A stretch of 63,684 nt of DNA, the filler included, from Octopus bimaculoides (taxonomy: Eukaryota), in the NCBI RefSeq assembly GCF_001194135.2. It is 5 parts of 5 records of this genome, joined end to end, with 100 filler letters (N's around TTAATTAATTAA, not from the genome) between each part and the next. Parts side by side here need not be neighbours in the genome. Positions count along the whole stretch, not along the records: positions 47,488 to 63,684 come from NC_068981.1; 4 more parts are not named here. One strand, written 5' to 3'. A program made the translations under genes and the position numbers. Below the pieces are notes generated by a model, which saw only the letters and a program-made list of their open reading frames with translations, was not told the origin of the DNA and did no database searches. Below, in pieces: positions 50,861-63,684 of the stretch. Numbering within the stretch: position 1 is the stretch's first letter; each line of letters starts with the position of its first letter.

Positions 50861-53819
50861 GAATAATAGTAATAATATAGGAAAATGCCTTAGGAAATTT
50901 CCCCAAGACATAATGTACACAATTCCTCATCTCTTAAATATAGAAGAGACTTAGTTGTTGGTAGAAACCTACCAATCACACATTATTACAATTGACGTAA
51001 TTACTGCTTAACTTTAAATATATATATATATATTCTGGATCTCGCTAGAAATGATTACAGGCGGGATTTGGAGGTAAGGTGATGGTATGTATGATAAGAA
51101 AAGACACGCATACAGTATGGGTGGCTAATAGGTAATGGGTGGCTAATAGTTCACACGAATGGAGATGCTTTTATTAACGTGGGAAAATATATCATAATGA
51201 AAACTTATCTATAAAAATGATGACTCTTATGCACTTGTAGCTGTGTACCTAGAAATGTTTTGATTTTTTTCAAAAAAGTTACGAATGATATGAATCTACT
51301 CTATCAGTATGAGCCAATATCACACTGCAGTGAGAAACAAATATTTCGTCTTTTTAGAATATGAACAGTTTGAAGAGCATGATATATGCTCCCACCACGG
51401 TGGATTTGCAACATAAGAGCCCGAAATAATTTGAAAATGCATGCACTAATTGTAAATATAGGGAAGAGAATATAGCCTAGTAAACAAGGATATAGATCCT
51501 CCAAGCACATTAGAAAAATAAAGAATAAAACCATACCTAATATATTTTCTATAAATATTAGTTTAAGATGATTATAGTAGAAAGGTAGCACGCTTCACCA
51601 TTGTCTTCTACGTTACAATTTGAATTATTACTGAGTACAATGTATGTCAGAAGTCAGAAAGTCCTGGATAAGTGCTTTGAAATACACATTTCTTTTAAAA
51701 TTAAATCCCATCGACGTCATGTTTCAGTTTCTACCTCCAATAATATACAAGTTTGATTTATCCGAATCCATTAATCCCGACAAATTGATGAAATTGTGAC
51801 AATGTTATTCCGACTTAAATTCAGTAATTATAACACACCCGTGCAAAAGTTGTTTTTAATATTTCATTATTCTTTTTCATATAAACGTTTAAATCTCATA
51901 TCTTGGATTAGTGTGCAGTCTTTATTGAACCATTTATAATTTGATTCGGGATTAAAATCCATTATTTGAAAATTGCGTATTTTTAAGCCATGTATTTCTC
52001 TTGGTTTGGTATTCCTCCATAAACGAATTTAATTATCTTAATTATCATGTTGGATGCGAAAAGCTCTTTTATTTTCAGTAAATTATGGTTCTTTCAGAAG
52101 CTCTGCCTTGCATTATATGAAGGAAAATGTACCTGTTATCTTAATGCAAATGTTGTTCTAGAAACAACCACTTCCCACAATCATTTCATCAAAATTAACC
52201 TAGATTATAAGATTACTTCCAGCCTTTCACGATAATCATTTAAAGAATTTTAATATCCAACCCCAATATATTATGCAATTACAGTACTTAAGTTGTTAGC
52301 TGACTATAATTTTGGCATTTTCCAAATCATCGTTATAAAGTCTTACTGAATACCGCTTAATTTATGCCTTCGTTTATTGTCATCCGTTTATTCAAACCAA
52401 AGACACAGATTCGAATCTATTTATTTTCTAATTACGACTAAGATCCAGATAAACGGTGATAAATCCTCTGGATAATATGTTCTCCTTTCTGTTTCTTTTT
52501 CCCTTTCTCCATTAGTGTTAATTGTATTGTTCTTTAAGATCTATAAACTAAGTGCCCCATATCAAAGTGTTGTAACATTGCATAATGAATTTCTCCAACT
52601 GAAAATATTTTGTAAGAGAATGTTTCATACTCCAGTTACTTACTAGGATGGATTTACTGCAGAATAGTTGTGAAAACCTTTATTACATGAAGGGCACAGA
52701 CAACAGTGGTTAGATCTCCTGAAGTTTATAACAATTTCACTATAATATATTTCGATGGAATACTGATTTCAAATTTAGTCAAAATACCATCAATAAACGG
52801 GGGAAGGGGTAAAATAATTGCATTGACCCTGCTGCTCTTGTTATCGAAACCAAAAAATGGAATACAGAATTTTTTTCAAAAGTTAAAGACGGACGTAATG
52901 CCGCTAAGTATTTTGCCGGGCGTGCTTACGTTTCTTTCAGCTCGCCATCACAGATTTCGTTAAAATTCTCTTCTGCTCATGGTCACAAATCTGTTGGTGT
53001 TGAAAGTATGTGACTTTCATATCTTTCTCAAGGTGTTTGAGGGAAAGTAAATAAAGCTTTTGATCAGATGTTGAAGCCTTTAATACGCACTCGGTTCACC
53101 AGTTTAATTTTTAGTGTTCCGCAGCACTTGTTCCGCTTTACCCGTTATATCTGCAGTTATGTGAAAGCAACATTATATTTTCTGTCGTATAAAATCACTG
53201 AAAGTGCATTTGTTGCATGTATACATGACATTAGGAACGGATATGATAACTTCACTTATCTTTCTGATCAGATGGAAGCCATACTATGATAATCATGCTG
53301 ACTAAACATGGAATATGCCTTACGGTTTTGTTCTGTTCGAAAATATTGATTTTTCACGACCTAAAAATTACATTCTCTGCATGCATTGCAAAATTGGTAA
53401 CATTTGTGTCAAACAGAAAGTTTGTTCTACCGTCTCAGGCTAATTTTCTTTGTTCTCTTTTTACAGTTGCTGTTTAATACTAATTGTGATATAGGTATAA
53501 TTTTCTATCAGAATTTTAATTTTTTTTTACAGTGGCAACTATCATGTTTACGAGATAGTGTAGGTTGATTCGTTTCTAAAAAGCAAGTGTGACTGAGATA
53601 ATTATCTAAAATTGTAATGCAAAAGTGTCTGAGTGTTCCGGTGCATATTGATAATAATCCACTCGGAAAATATAATTGTTATAGCTGAAAAGTAATTACT
53701 GGCTATACATGAGTTACACACAGAGAAATTAATGTATGCGTAAGAAATTTGATAAATATATATACACCAGTGCATTCCCATATGGGGAGCCATCCACATA
53801 TGCACATGTTTATAGACAT

Positions 53820-53990
53820 AGCAGCAGACATGATTATGTGGTATGGAATTTTCTTCCCAACAATATGGCTCTCCGTTTGGTTCCGAGTTCAGCGTAGCAC
53901 ACTGGGGAAATGTCTTCTACTATAGCCTCGGGCTGACCAAAGCCATGTGAGTGGATTCCGTAGACGGACACTGAAAGAAAGATGTTGTGT
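53820..53990 (+). mobile_element. SINE family B
   Basis: gtcttctactatagcctcgggctgaccaaagccatgtgagtggattccgtagacggacactgaaagaa. Confidence 0.75.
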
Positions 53991-55116
53991 ACATACACTT
54001 ACAATACATGTTTCTCTGCGCTTGCATGGCTGTGGCACAAAAAGTTCCAGTCTCTGGCTCTTGATCATAATGCTAGAAACTCGATTCCAGTTCCAGACAT
54101 TTTGTTGTGGCGTTGAGCAAGGTGCATCGCCCCACTAAACACCTTTCTAAACAGCTCAAAATAACTACACACTGAATGCTAGTGCCGTTCATTTATTCTC
54201 TCTGTTTCCCGTTTCTATCGGAATTAAATCAAAGCGACTGCTAGTGGACTTGGAGAAGCATGTCATTGACCACGTATAATCACCAAATACATTCTTGGCT
54301 GAAGAGGGACTCCACTCAACTCCATCACCAAATTGTGAAAAAAATTCAATCTTTTAATGAAATTGGTTTTTAATTAATTTTATTAGTAGATTAATTTTAG
54401 AGTTCAGAAATGAAACATATGTCACAGAAATATATATATATAAATGATTTAAGTATCAAAGAAGCAGAGTATTGAATATTTACTTATATCAATACAATCT
54501 AACGTAAATTTACTCGAATACTTCCCGTTACATATTTAAATGTTTTGCAACTATAACTATCATCTACGAAGGAAGAGTATAAACAAGCAACAGATAAACA
54601 TGAAAAAAGACGCTGTAATATCTTAAGGAAGAGTTTTGAGGATGTGTCTTTTTGTTACTATGTAGCAATGTCACATTACCTGTCGTAATTTCGTGGTCGG
54701 ACCGAAAATATAATCAATGATTTGTAGGGACGCGGCAATTCGTTATGCAAACATGACTATAAAGTATATTGAACGTTTTTTTTTATAAGTCAATACCGTG
54801 TTTTACTGTGTTAGCAATGCGATTTACCTCACTTGTCAAGGTTATCTCCAAAGATATTCTATAGAAATTATGGAAATTATATAGAAATCAGTATTGGTTA
54901 TAATTTTCTTCAAATATTTGTAGAGATAACCTTAACAATCGAAAATATAATACAACAGTTCAGTATTAGAATCCATTAACTTTTGTCTGTTTGTCGGTGT
55001 AAACCGTTGCCTTGACATCACATTAAGTTTATAAACGAACATAACCCCCGTATAGGCGTAGCAAATTTGTCCGGCTCTAGAGCACTTGCGTCAACAACTT
55101 CCTTGTGACATTACAG

Positions 55117-55157
<41 letters not shown>

Positions 55158-56354
55158 GTATGGTGCTGATAATGAAAAGGAGGAGGATAATGATGCTCTC
55201 TAAATGCGTCGAATACACGGTTTAAACGGCGAGAACGCCAACTATTCAGGAAGTTTGTTTTGCCTTTATGATTCGCTGTCTACATCACACTACATGGTGT
55301 TGTAGTCAATTTCTTTTCTTATTCAGATCGAGCGACGTCTTCTGATTGAAATTGGGTTGGCAGAATTTATTTAACGAGTAGGAATTTCATCAACTGAATG
55401 CACGTCATCGAAAACGACGGAGGATCTCGGATCATCACTTTTTAATGTAATAAGAACTACATCATCACATATGTCACATATATGTGTGAATTCATGTGCC
55501 TCCTTCTCTTCATACGTCAACAAGTTTTCGTTTCGCATAAAAGATTTTTTTTTTCTATTCTTTTGCTGAAATTTCAAATAACCAATGGAATGCGAAATAT
55601 TATTGTCTCCATTTCAATAATTCTGCCATCACTCCGAAGAATAAAGAAGATAATATATGAAAAAATATGCAAAAGTACTTAGAAAGCATAGAAATACGGC
55701 ACAAAGACAGGAGGCTGGGTTTTGAAACAATATTTCTTTTATATGATTATATATTAATTGATAATATCACTATCTGAGCAGCTGTTACCATCTAAAATAA
55801 CTGCTACAACGCCATTAGCTTGCTTTGATAAAGTAAGATTCGATATGAAATCATTCTGTTTCTACTCTTTTAATAAATAGCTTAGAGCGCTTTAATTCCC
55901 CTCTTCTCATCATACACACAGACACACACTCCGGTGGATTTTTGTTCATTTATTAAAAGTGGTCTTTGTTGATGAAATCCTTTCAATAATCATGCAAGCG
56001 CAACTTTTACTTTATTTTTGTTTCTTCAAGTGTTAGTACTTTTATAGAAATCTCCTCCCATTTCTCGACTGCATTCTATTCTATTCTCTTTTTTTTTTAT
56101 TCCTTTCTCATGTATTCTCTTGAATTCCAGTCTATCAATGCTCGCTCGTGGGTTAAATTATCTGGTGTTTCCTAGTAACACGATCAATGATAGCACTTCA
56201 GTTATATTCTTTTTGCAGAATACCAGCTGGATCGCAGATAACTAGGAAGGAAAATTTCCTTGCTTGCTTTTCTCATTTAATTTGTTTTTGACGATGAATC
56301 GTTCTCGCGTATTAGATACAAAATTCCAATTTATTTTTCTCTTTATATGAATTT

Positions 56355-56364
56355 ATTATTATCG

Positions 56365-56417
<53 letters not shown>

Positions 56418-56432
56418 GTTATTATTATTATT

Positions 56433-56467
<35 letters not shown>

Positions 56468-56562
56468 CGTCGTCGCCGTTGTTGTCAATATTTTTGCTTT
56501 TGCTGTTGTTAGTATTACTGTTGTAATTATTGGTATTGTTTTTGGTATTATTATTATTATTA

Positions 56563-56623
<61 letters not shown>

Positions 56624-56670
56624 CATTATTATTGTTGTGGTTGTTGTTGCTGTTGTTGTTATTATTATTA
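56355..56670. repeat. (ATT)n/(GTT)n compound microsatellite
   Basis: Directly visible. Confidence 0.95.
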
Positions 56671-58760
56671 TTTTCTATTTTCACCGCTGTCAATGCTATA
56701 ATCATTAATGCCACGCCTCTAATAGGAGATTGCCACAACCTGCACCATAACGACATTTACTTCCGATTCACATTCAGTATCAGAGCCTTAACTTAATTTT
56801 CGTTGTAGTCATCAAATCAAACAGCTCTTGAATGTCCTGGAAATGGTTGCAGTTACACGAAATGCATTCCATCATGTTTACATATTTTGTTTCTAATGAT
56901 ACCAGTGAATCATCGTTTCTTAAAGGTTTCGCTACACATCAGGCCCAATAATTACAGACACTACAGCATATTTATTAAATAATAAAATAAACTCCGAAAA
57001 TAGTAAATTATTGTTATAAATAGCAAGATTCAATTAACTTAATTTACGAGTTATGAGCTCTTTGGATTAATAGGCTATAACATGATAGATATTGTGTTTT
57101 TTTATGTAATTAATATTTTCAAAGTAAACACATTTTACGAAGATTAATAATTATATTTAAAGTAATGAAACAAGGTCGAGCATTTGTTTAATCGACACCC
57201 CAGCCGTGCTCGAGTGGTGCTTTTGTTATAGGTTTGAAAACTATAAAAGTCAAAGTCTAATGTGGAATATTTTGAAATCAGAAATGTAAAAGGACATAAA
57301 AATATGCCATGGATAATATCATTTTCCATCCGAACTATACTATCCAATTACGCCAAATTTATAAAGGCGATTAATAGTATATCATATTGTGCACTTCACT
57401 AAAGACTTATAATCCAACAAGGCATTTTAGCTTTAAATTTTGAAACCAAAATTTTTCTCAAACCTCAGGGTTTAGTTCATAAATTTAAAATATATACATT
57501 GAATAACGCTTACCTTGTATTACAAAAGTGAAATTATCACAGAAGTAATACTTTTCATTATAGTTCTCCTACATCAGAATTGATTTCGCTCTTCATTCTG
57601 AGATTCAGTCCATTTACTTCTAAATACTTAAAACATACGATCATTATAGTCTCATGCAAAAGATGACATCGCTTTAAAAATGCGTTCCATTTACTTGAAA
57701 TGGCAAATTTAATATTATTTTTAAAATATCTCTATCATAACGGAATGCATTGTATGTGTGCAATGCTGTTAGTTTGATATTACCTAGCAGCTGTAGTTAG
57801 AATACCTACAGATATGCTGGCAGAACAAACGCGTAACCTTATTAATTTTAAATGAAAAGTTTGGAAGGTCTATAGAGAGTTAACAGAGTTTCCACGACGA
57901 GAATGCGACACAGGCGAATCCCCAAACACCCAAAACTACTTTATATGAACATCAATTGCAATAAATTGAATTGTATACGCAGGAAAAGATTATAGATAGC
58001 ATTATGTTAACATATCATTAGCATCTTCAGAAATTAACTATTAAACCGAGCCAACGTGAAATACTATACTTGATTCCGGAAGATGTCACAAATAATGACT
58101 ATGCCTCCCTTAAATTATACTCCACATTCGCGAAAAAGACAGCAGGAACACACTGGAAATTTCATCTAAGATATATAAGGATGAATACATGATGTAAGTT
58201 GTTTGATCATATCTCGTTTCTCTCTGAATTTATTTGAAGCAAAGCATTATGTATAAATACGAACTCAAACGACAAACTCTGATGATTTACAAAGACAAGA
58301 AAGTCAAATCTCCGCATATTCATTTTCTATCAAAATAACATGCTTCATGATGACACAAATGAGAGAGGCTGGTCCGTGGTGGGTCATTCAGTTACATATA
58401 GTTATCAACTCTTGCTGAAATTACACCCTACCAACTCGAATGACATTAAATATTGTAATCCCATATATTTTGCAGTATGGGAACAAAAAATTGGACAGAA
58501 CGGTCCTAACTCGGATGCTTTTGAACTTTTGGTCATAAAATGACGTTAGTGGTGGTTTAAAGCTAAGCAGAATCACTGAGGTTGATTATTGTTCTACTCG
58601 TACAATTGATCATTTCATTACTGACCGAAGGATAAAACCCGTAAAAAAATATGAACAATTCAATCAGCAACTACATATGTTTGATAAAACGGAGGTTCAT
58701 TTGCAATGTTAAATTTACACTATATTTGCTGTCAAAATACCATCATTCATACGATAGGAA

Positions 58761-58978
58761 TAATGATTTTAAATTTTGCCACAAAGGCAGTAGTTTTGGG
58801 GAGGGCGCGGAGTCGATTTCATCGACCCCAGTGTACAACTTTGACTTATTTTATCGACCTCAAAAGGATAAATGGTAAAGTCGACCTCGGCGAAATTTGA
58901 AATCAGAACGTAGCGACGGGAAAAATGTCGCTAAGCGTTCGTCTAGTGCGCTAACGATTCTCCCAGCTCACCGTCTTA
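58761..58978 (-). mobile_element. tRNA-derived SINE, family A
   Basis: aagtcgacctcggcgaaatttgaaatcagaacgta...ctaacgattctcccagctcaccgtctta. Confidence 0.85.
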
Positions 58979-59594
58979 AACGATAAGCATAACAGCATCG
59001 ACATATTATATTAACAACATCCATTCTCTAATAGGAAATAGTTTCTCCTCAATATACCCAAAGCTTGCCTTATCAATAACTTCACATATTCGGCGTTTCA
59101 ATAAATTATTTAAATTCATGATGTTAGCTGTCTTTTGTAGTATTCTAGACTATTGCATTTCAAACTACTGTTTAAATAAAGACAATATCTACGTCTGAAT
59201 GCGCACATACACACACGCGCACACATACATATATATATATATATATGCAAGTATATATGTATATCTATCTATCCATATATATATATATATATATATANNN
59301 NNNNNNNNNNNNNNNNNNNNNNNNNNNNNNNNNNNNNNNNNNNNNNNNNNNNNNNNNNNNNNNNNNNNNNNNNNNNNNNNNNNNNNNNNNNNNNNNNNNN
59401 NNNNNNNNNNNNNNNNNNNNNTATGTATGTATTTATACATATATATATATATATATAGGCATGTATGCATATATATATATATATTTACAAATGTATATAC
59501 ATATATATATGCATATCTATATCTACATATATATATGTGTGTGTATGTGAGTGTGAGTGTATATGTGTGTATGTATGTGCATATATACATTCAT

Positions 59595-59656
<62 letters not shown>

Positions 59657-59657
59657 G

Positions 59658-59701
<44 letters not shown>

Positions 59702-59763
59702 TAGAGAGAGTGAGACAGATTTACATTTCTACAAGTCATATTCATATAGATAAGCAAAGAAGT

Positions 59764-59930
59764 CATGAATTTGTGGGTGAAATCCAGGCCATGATTGACA
59801 ATAATCCCTTCAAGTTAATCAGGTCCACCGCCAGAGACATGGGAGTGCTTTAATTTCTTATCAGGTAGGTAGTGCATGACGTCATTTGGTATTCCTCATA
59901 CAAGATGAGAAAGGACCAATTTTTATCCCT
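59764..59930 (+). pseudogene. Tc1/mariner-family transposase N-terminal HTH fragment
   Basis: EFVGEIQAMIDNNPFKLIRSTARDMGVL*FLIR*VVHDVIWYSSYKMRKDQFLS resembles the IR.IARE.G.S...VR..V..DL...SYK...Q.L pattern. Confidence 0.7.
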
Positions 59931-59988
59931 TTGCTATATATATATACATACATATGTATTTNNNNNNNNNNTGTGTGTGTGTGTGTGT

Positions 59989-60036
<48 letters not shown>

Positions 60037-60519
60037 ACAACAAGAAATATTATTTGTCTCTTTTTATAGAAACAAAAGGGTTTATACGACTGCAAAAGAA
60101 GTGCTCAAATATAAATCAGACGAAGATAAAAAAAAAAGCATTGGTTATAGAAGAAGCATTAAATTTAGGTCAACGACTTTACATACAACACCACCCCTCT
60201 AACATTTAATCATATAAAAAAAATCACCATAGTTCACAAACACATAAAAATAATGCATACACATAAAATCCCAGAAGATAAAAATATATAATCGAATAAA
60301 ATACAAATAGAACAGCCTATGAAAAAGTTAGATATGTACGACTAAAAATTCATAAACTACCAAAAAACCTAATAGACAAATATGAAATTAAGATAAAAAT
60401 AAAATAATATAAATGTTTTATCAGACAATTAAAATATGATTTTTATTTTTTTAAATTTTTTTAAAAATATTCGAAGAAAGTCTTGAAGCAGCGAGGGATT
60501 CTACTCTCCACCCATACAC

Positions 60520-60900
60520 TCAATACCGCTTCACCTATAGTTATGGTCTCTACCATTTTTCTAAATATTCTCTAGTGCTCTGAATTATAACTTCAAGAGT
60601 CTTACCTCACCAGTTCGTGTCCTCTGTCTCTGTGGCCTAGATAACTGTTGCTTCTTCTTCGCTTCCCAGAAGCATTGCTGCCGCCACCAAAGCCAAGTCT
60701 ATTTCCGGAGGAGGGTTTCCTCCACCATGACTCTGGCAGTCCTTCTTCCTGGGTACATTGGTAGGAGGGCCACTTTGTCCGTCTTCAGTGGTGACACCGA
60801 TTGTTCCCTTGCTTTATCCGTACTTCTAAAACGAACGTGTACAGATCCGAAACTGCTTCTTTTAGCGAGATAAGTTATATCTCACCAAATTGGCGTCAGT
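60520..60900 (-). pseudogene. Second, diverged LINE ORF1 remnant related to 45301-46470
   Basis: FGSVHVRF...LLPMYPGRRTARVMV / PPEIDLALVAAAMLLGSEEEATVI*..TNW*GKTLEVIIQ parallels FATIEVRL...LGRRVTKVKI / PPEIEEEWLGSAICLGIEEEINIL..NWIGQEFQLLVQ. Confidence 0.65.
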
Positions 60901-61482
60901 GCTCTCTCCTGTTTGATAGATAACGAGACTACGTAAGTTAATCTGCTGCTGAGGATCTGTGGTGCAAAAGATAGTACACGTCTTACTACATGTAACTCCC
61001 ATAGCTAAATCATGTTAGTCAACATTATGTGTGTTGAGGTGTGAACCGTGCTACAATACTACGAAATTGGTGTTTAATCTCACGCAATTCTCTCGAAAAA
61101 TATGTATGTAATGAGAATGCTGCGGTGTATCAAAAAAGATCTGTCTTCACGAATTAAAGTGACTATTGTACTTTTATTTAGGGACAAGTTCGCCCGAAAA
61201 TAGTTCACTTTATAACATTAATACATTTCTTACACGTTATTCTATACCATGTTACGACTAAATTTCTTCCAGGCAAAATAAAATGTTATATATATGCGGA
61301 TAACTATAAAGTACTATTGTATAAATGAAGACATTGTATTCTCGGAAGAATTAAGTCATGAACACAATGTCTAAATACAGAGATATTTACAAATAAACAC
61401 AAGGACAGACACATTCACACGCTCTCACTTATACACACACGCATACAGAATCACATGCACATGCAGACACGCACTTACAGAC

Positions 61483-61540
<58 letters not shown>

Positions 61541-63641
61541 CCACATGTGTGTGTTTGTATATTCTTAAATCTTCACTACATTTATTTTTTTAATTGAAAC
61601 TTACACACAGAAAAACCCACCTGGTAAAATATGTAGATAACTGATTTACGATCTTCTTTAATAGTTTTAGAATAGACAAGGCGATTAAAGAGCAAATACA
61701 AAATGTTGTCTTTGGTGTCAAACAGTAAGACAAAAACAAAAATATAACCATAACTTAGATTTTATAAATATTTTTTTCAGAAAATAGTCAGACAAAAACA
61801 AACAAAAAACATCGTGAAATACTCCATAATGTTTATGGAAGAAAATTATTTGACGCCATCGCTGAAAGTATACTTTATGAAAATCTTGTCGAATGAATGA
61901 ATGAATCGGGATGACACAAGAACACTAAAGATACCAGCCATTTTAAATAAAAGCGTCATCGTTATTTTCTTGAAGAGATGGAGCAATAAAATTAGAAAAA
62001 CAAAGCAGACAAATATTTAAAGTACTTTTATTGAAATAAATAAAAATAGGAAATACTCTAACTAAACAATACTTGTGGGCAAAAATCTCAAGAGACTTCG
62101 ACTTCCGAATCCTGTGTATAATGGAAGATGTTATTAGCAATAACCAGAAATACCAATATACTTGTTTCAACAACCTAAAGGAAACATTGCAAATAGCAAT
62201 CTAACGGAAACCACCACATTTAATATATGCCAAAGCACGAGTGGTAACGACCATAGTACAATGTAAACGATTCAAGAATACGGGGAACAACAAATGTAAA
62301 GAAGACAAATAAGATGAATGGAAATACACACATAAAAAATAAATAAAACAAATATACTACTCAAAGTAAAAGAGACAGAAACTATAAAGCGAGACATTCG
62401 AATGAATATAGAAGCAGGAGAAAAGAAAAACATACAAGAAAAGCATAGCCAGCTATAAAAACGATAGAGTGAGGGAGAGAAAGAATACTAAACTACGCAG
62501 CAAAGAGATGAAATGAAATAACAAATAAAAGTATATTGGCAAAATGTTATAAAGAACATTCGTTTTGGGTGTGGACGATGGCACAGACTATAAAAGTGGG
62601 AAAATAGTACCAAAGTCTAAGATATCTACAAACAAAATTAAGAATAGAATATAAATTTGCAGAAGCGGACAGAGAAATCCGAAGATATACAGAAACTTTG
62701 CAAACCATGTTAAATAAAACATTAGTTCTAGTTGAGAAGGAGAAACGCATCTGAATTTAAAATTCCACCGAGGAAAGCATTAAATCAGTAAATAAGTAGA
62801 AAGCTGCACTGTTGGATCAGATCTTGCGAATATCTACTAAAACAGTATGCTTTGCTGCATAGCATGAATTTCATCCAAATATTGGGCCACGATAAAAAGA
62901 TTATGTGGAATATGGCTATTAAAGGCAGGAAAACAATTCGTAGTTTCAAATACTTAGTACATGCATAATGTTAAACATTTCAGCACATAAACATACGTTC
63001 ATGCACAAAGACACAAACAAACTTACAAGAATACATGCATATATTTGTAAAGCAAATCCTATCAATGTCGCTCGGAAGTAATTACAAAAACAAAAAATAT
63101 ATACACTTAGAGTTATATGGACACATGTGTGTGTGCGCAAGTGGCTGTGTGTGTGCGCGCGCGCTGTGGGTAGATAGATATACAGAGAGATAAATAAATA
63201 GATAGATAGACAGACATACATACATACACACAGACAGATAGATAGATAGATAGATAGATAGATACATACATACATACATACATACATACATACAAACATA
63301 CATGCATAGTTTGCTAAGACTTCTTAAAGATCAGTTGTTACATAAACAGTGTATGTATTTTAGAGAACACAATTTAGCCTCGGTATTGAGGAAAATGTAT
63401 AACTGGTCCTTAATGAAAGGCTAAAAGTCACAGAAACGAATTGATTGTCCAAGTTTTCTGGTTGTTCACAGAAAAACATGGGGTCTAACATGAGAATCTA
63501 CTTTCAGAGTAATGCAAGATACGTGTGTGTGTATCAAAAAGAACATTCACGTCCTTCACAACTTTTCTTGCTCCAGTCTATCTTTGTCTCCCACGTAGTC
63601 TCTCTTTCTCTCCCTCTATGCAACTACTTCTGCGTACATAC

Positions 63642-63684
<43 letters not shown>

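Larger units (their letters stand above)
50060..50945. mobile_element. Head-to-head inverted pair of Penelope-like 3' ends (GIY-YIG tail, tRNA-like segment, hammerhead)
   Basis: Arms diverge from ~50550 and are ~85% identical by eye; the left arm encodes GDHLLLWNEAKILDRKHHWKIRKRKEAAHM, resembling the Penelope GIY-YIG C-terminus. Confidence 0.8.

Noticed and set aside
55327-55574. Candidate terminal exon IERRLLIEIGLAEFI* and the opposite-strand ORF containing CDICDD
   Set aside because: Too short, with no identifiable family.
58270-58320. CTGATGA...GAAAGTC motif
   Set aside because: No stem II, and no room for stem III.
60040-60430. A-rich stretch that may be another retroelement coding remnant
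   Set aside because: No diagnostic motif could be identified.

Overview
AT-rich eukaryotic DNA with many N gaps, dense microsatellites and old mobile-element remnants. The SINE families, TTAGGG repeats and microsatellite load point to an octopus/coleoid cephalopod draft assembly (inference). I can support no intact protein-coding gene; nearly all listed ORFs are simple-repeat or gap artefacts. Recognisable content: several tRNA-derived SINE families, Penelope-like (RT + GIY-YIG) remnants, R4/Dong-like, RTE and L1/Tx1-like LINE remnants, a deleted Helitron, Tc1/mariner MITEs, a transposase fragment and several fold-back elements. The main find is a complete type I hammerhead ribozyme on the minus strand (43755-43850), folded by hand, with an intact core and an extended stem I. 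It lies between two ~135-bp direct repeats 335 bp apart, the layout of a non-LTR retrozyme. About 6 kb downstream, a head-to-head Penelope-like inverted repeat (50060-50945) carries tRNA-like Pol III A/B boxes followed by a degenerate minimal hammerhead. All identities are estimated by eye; no searches were run.
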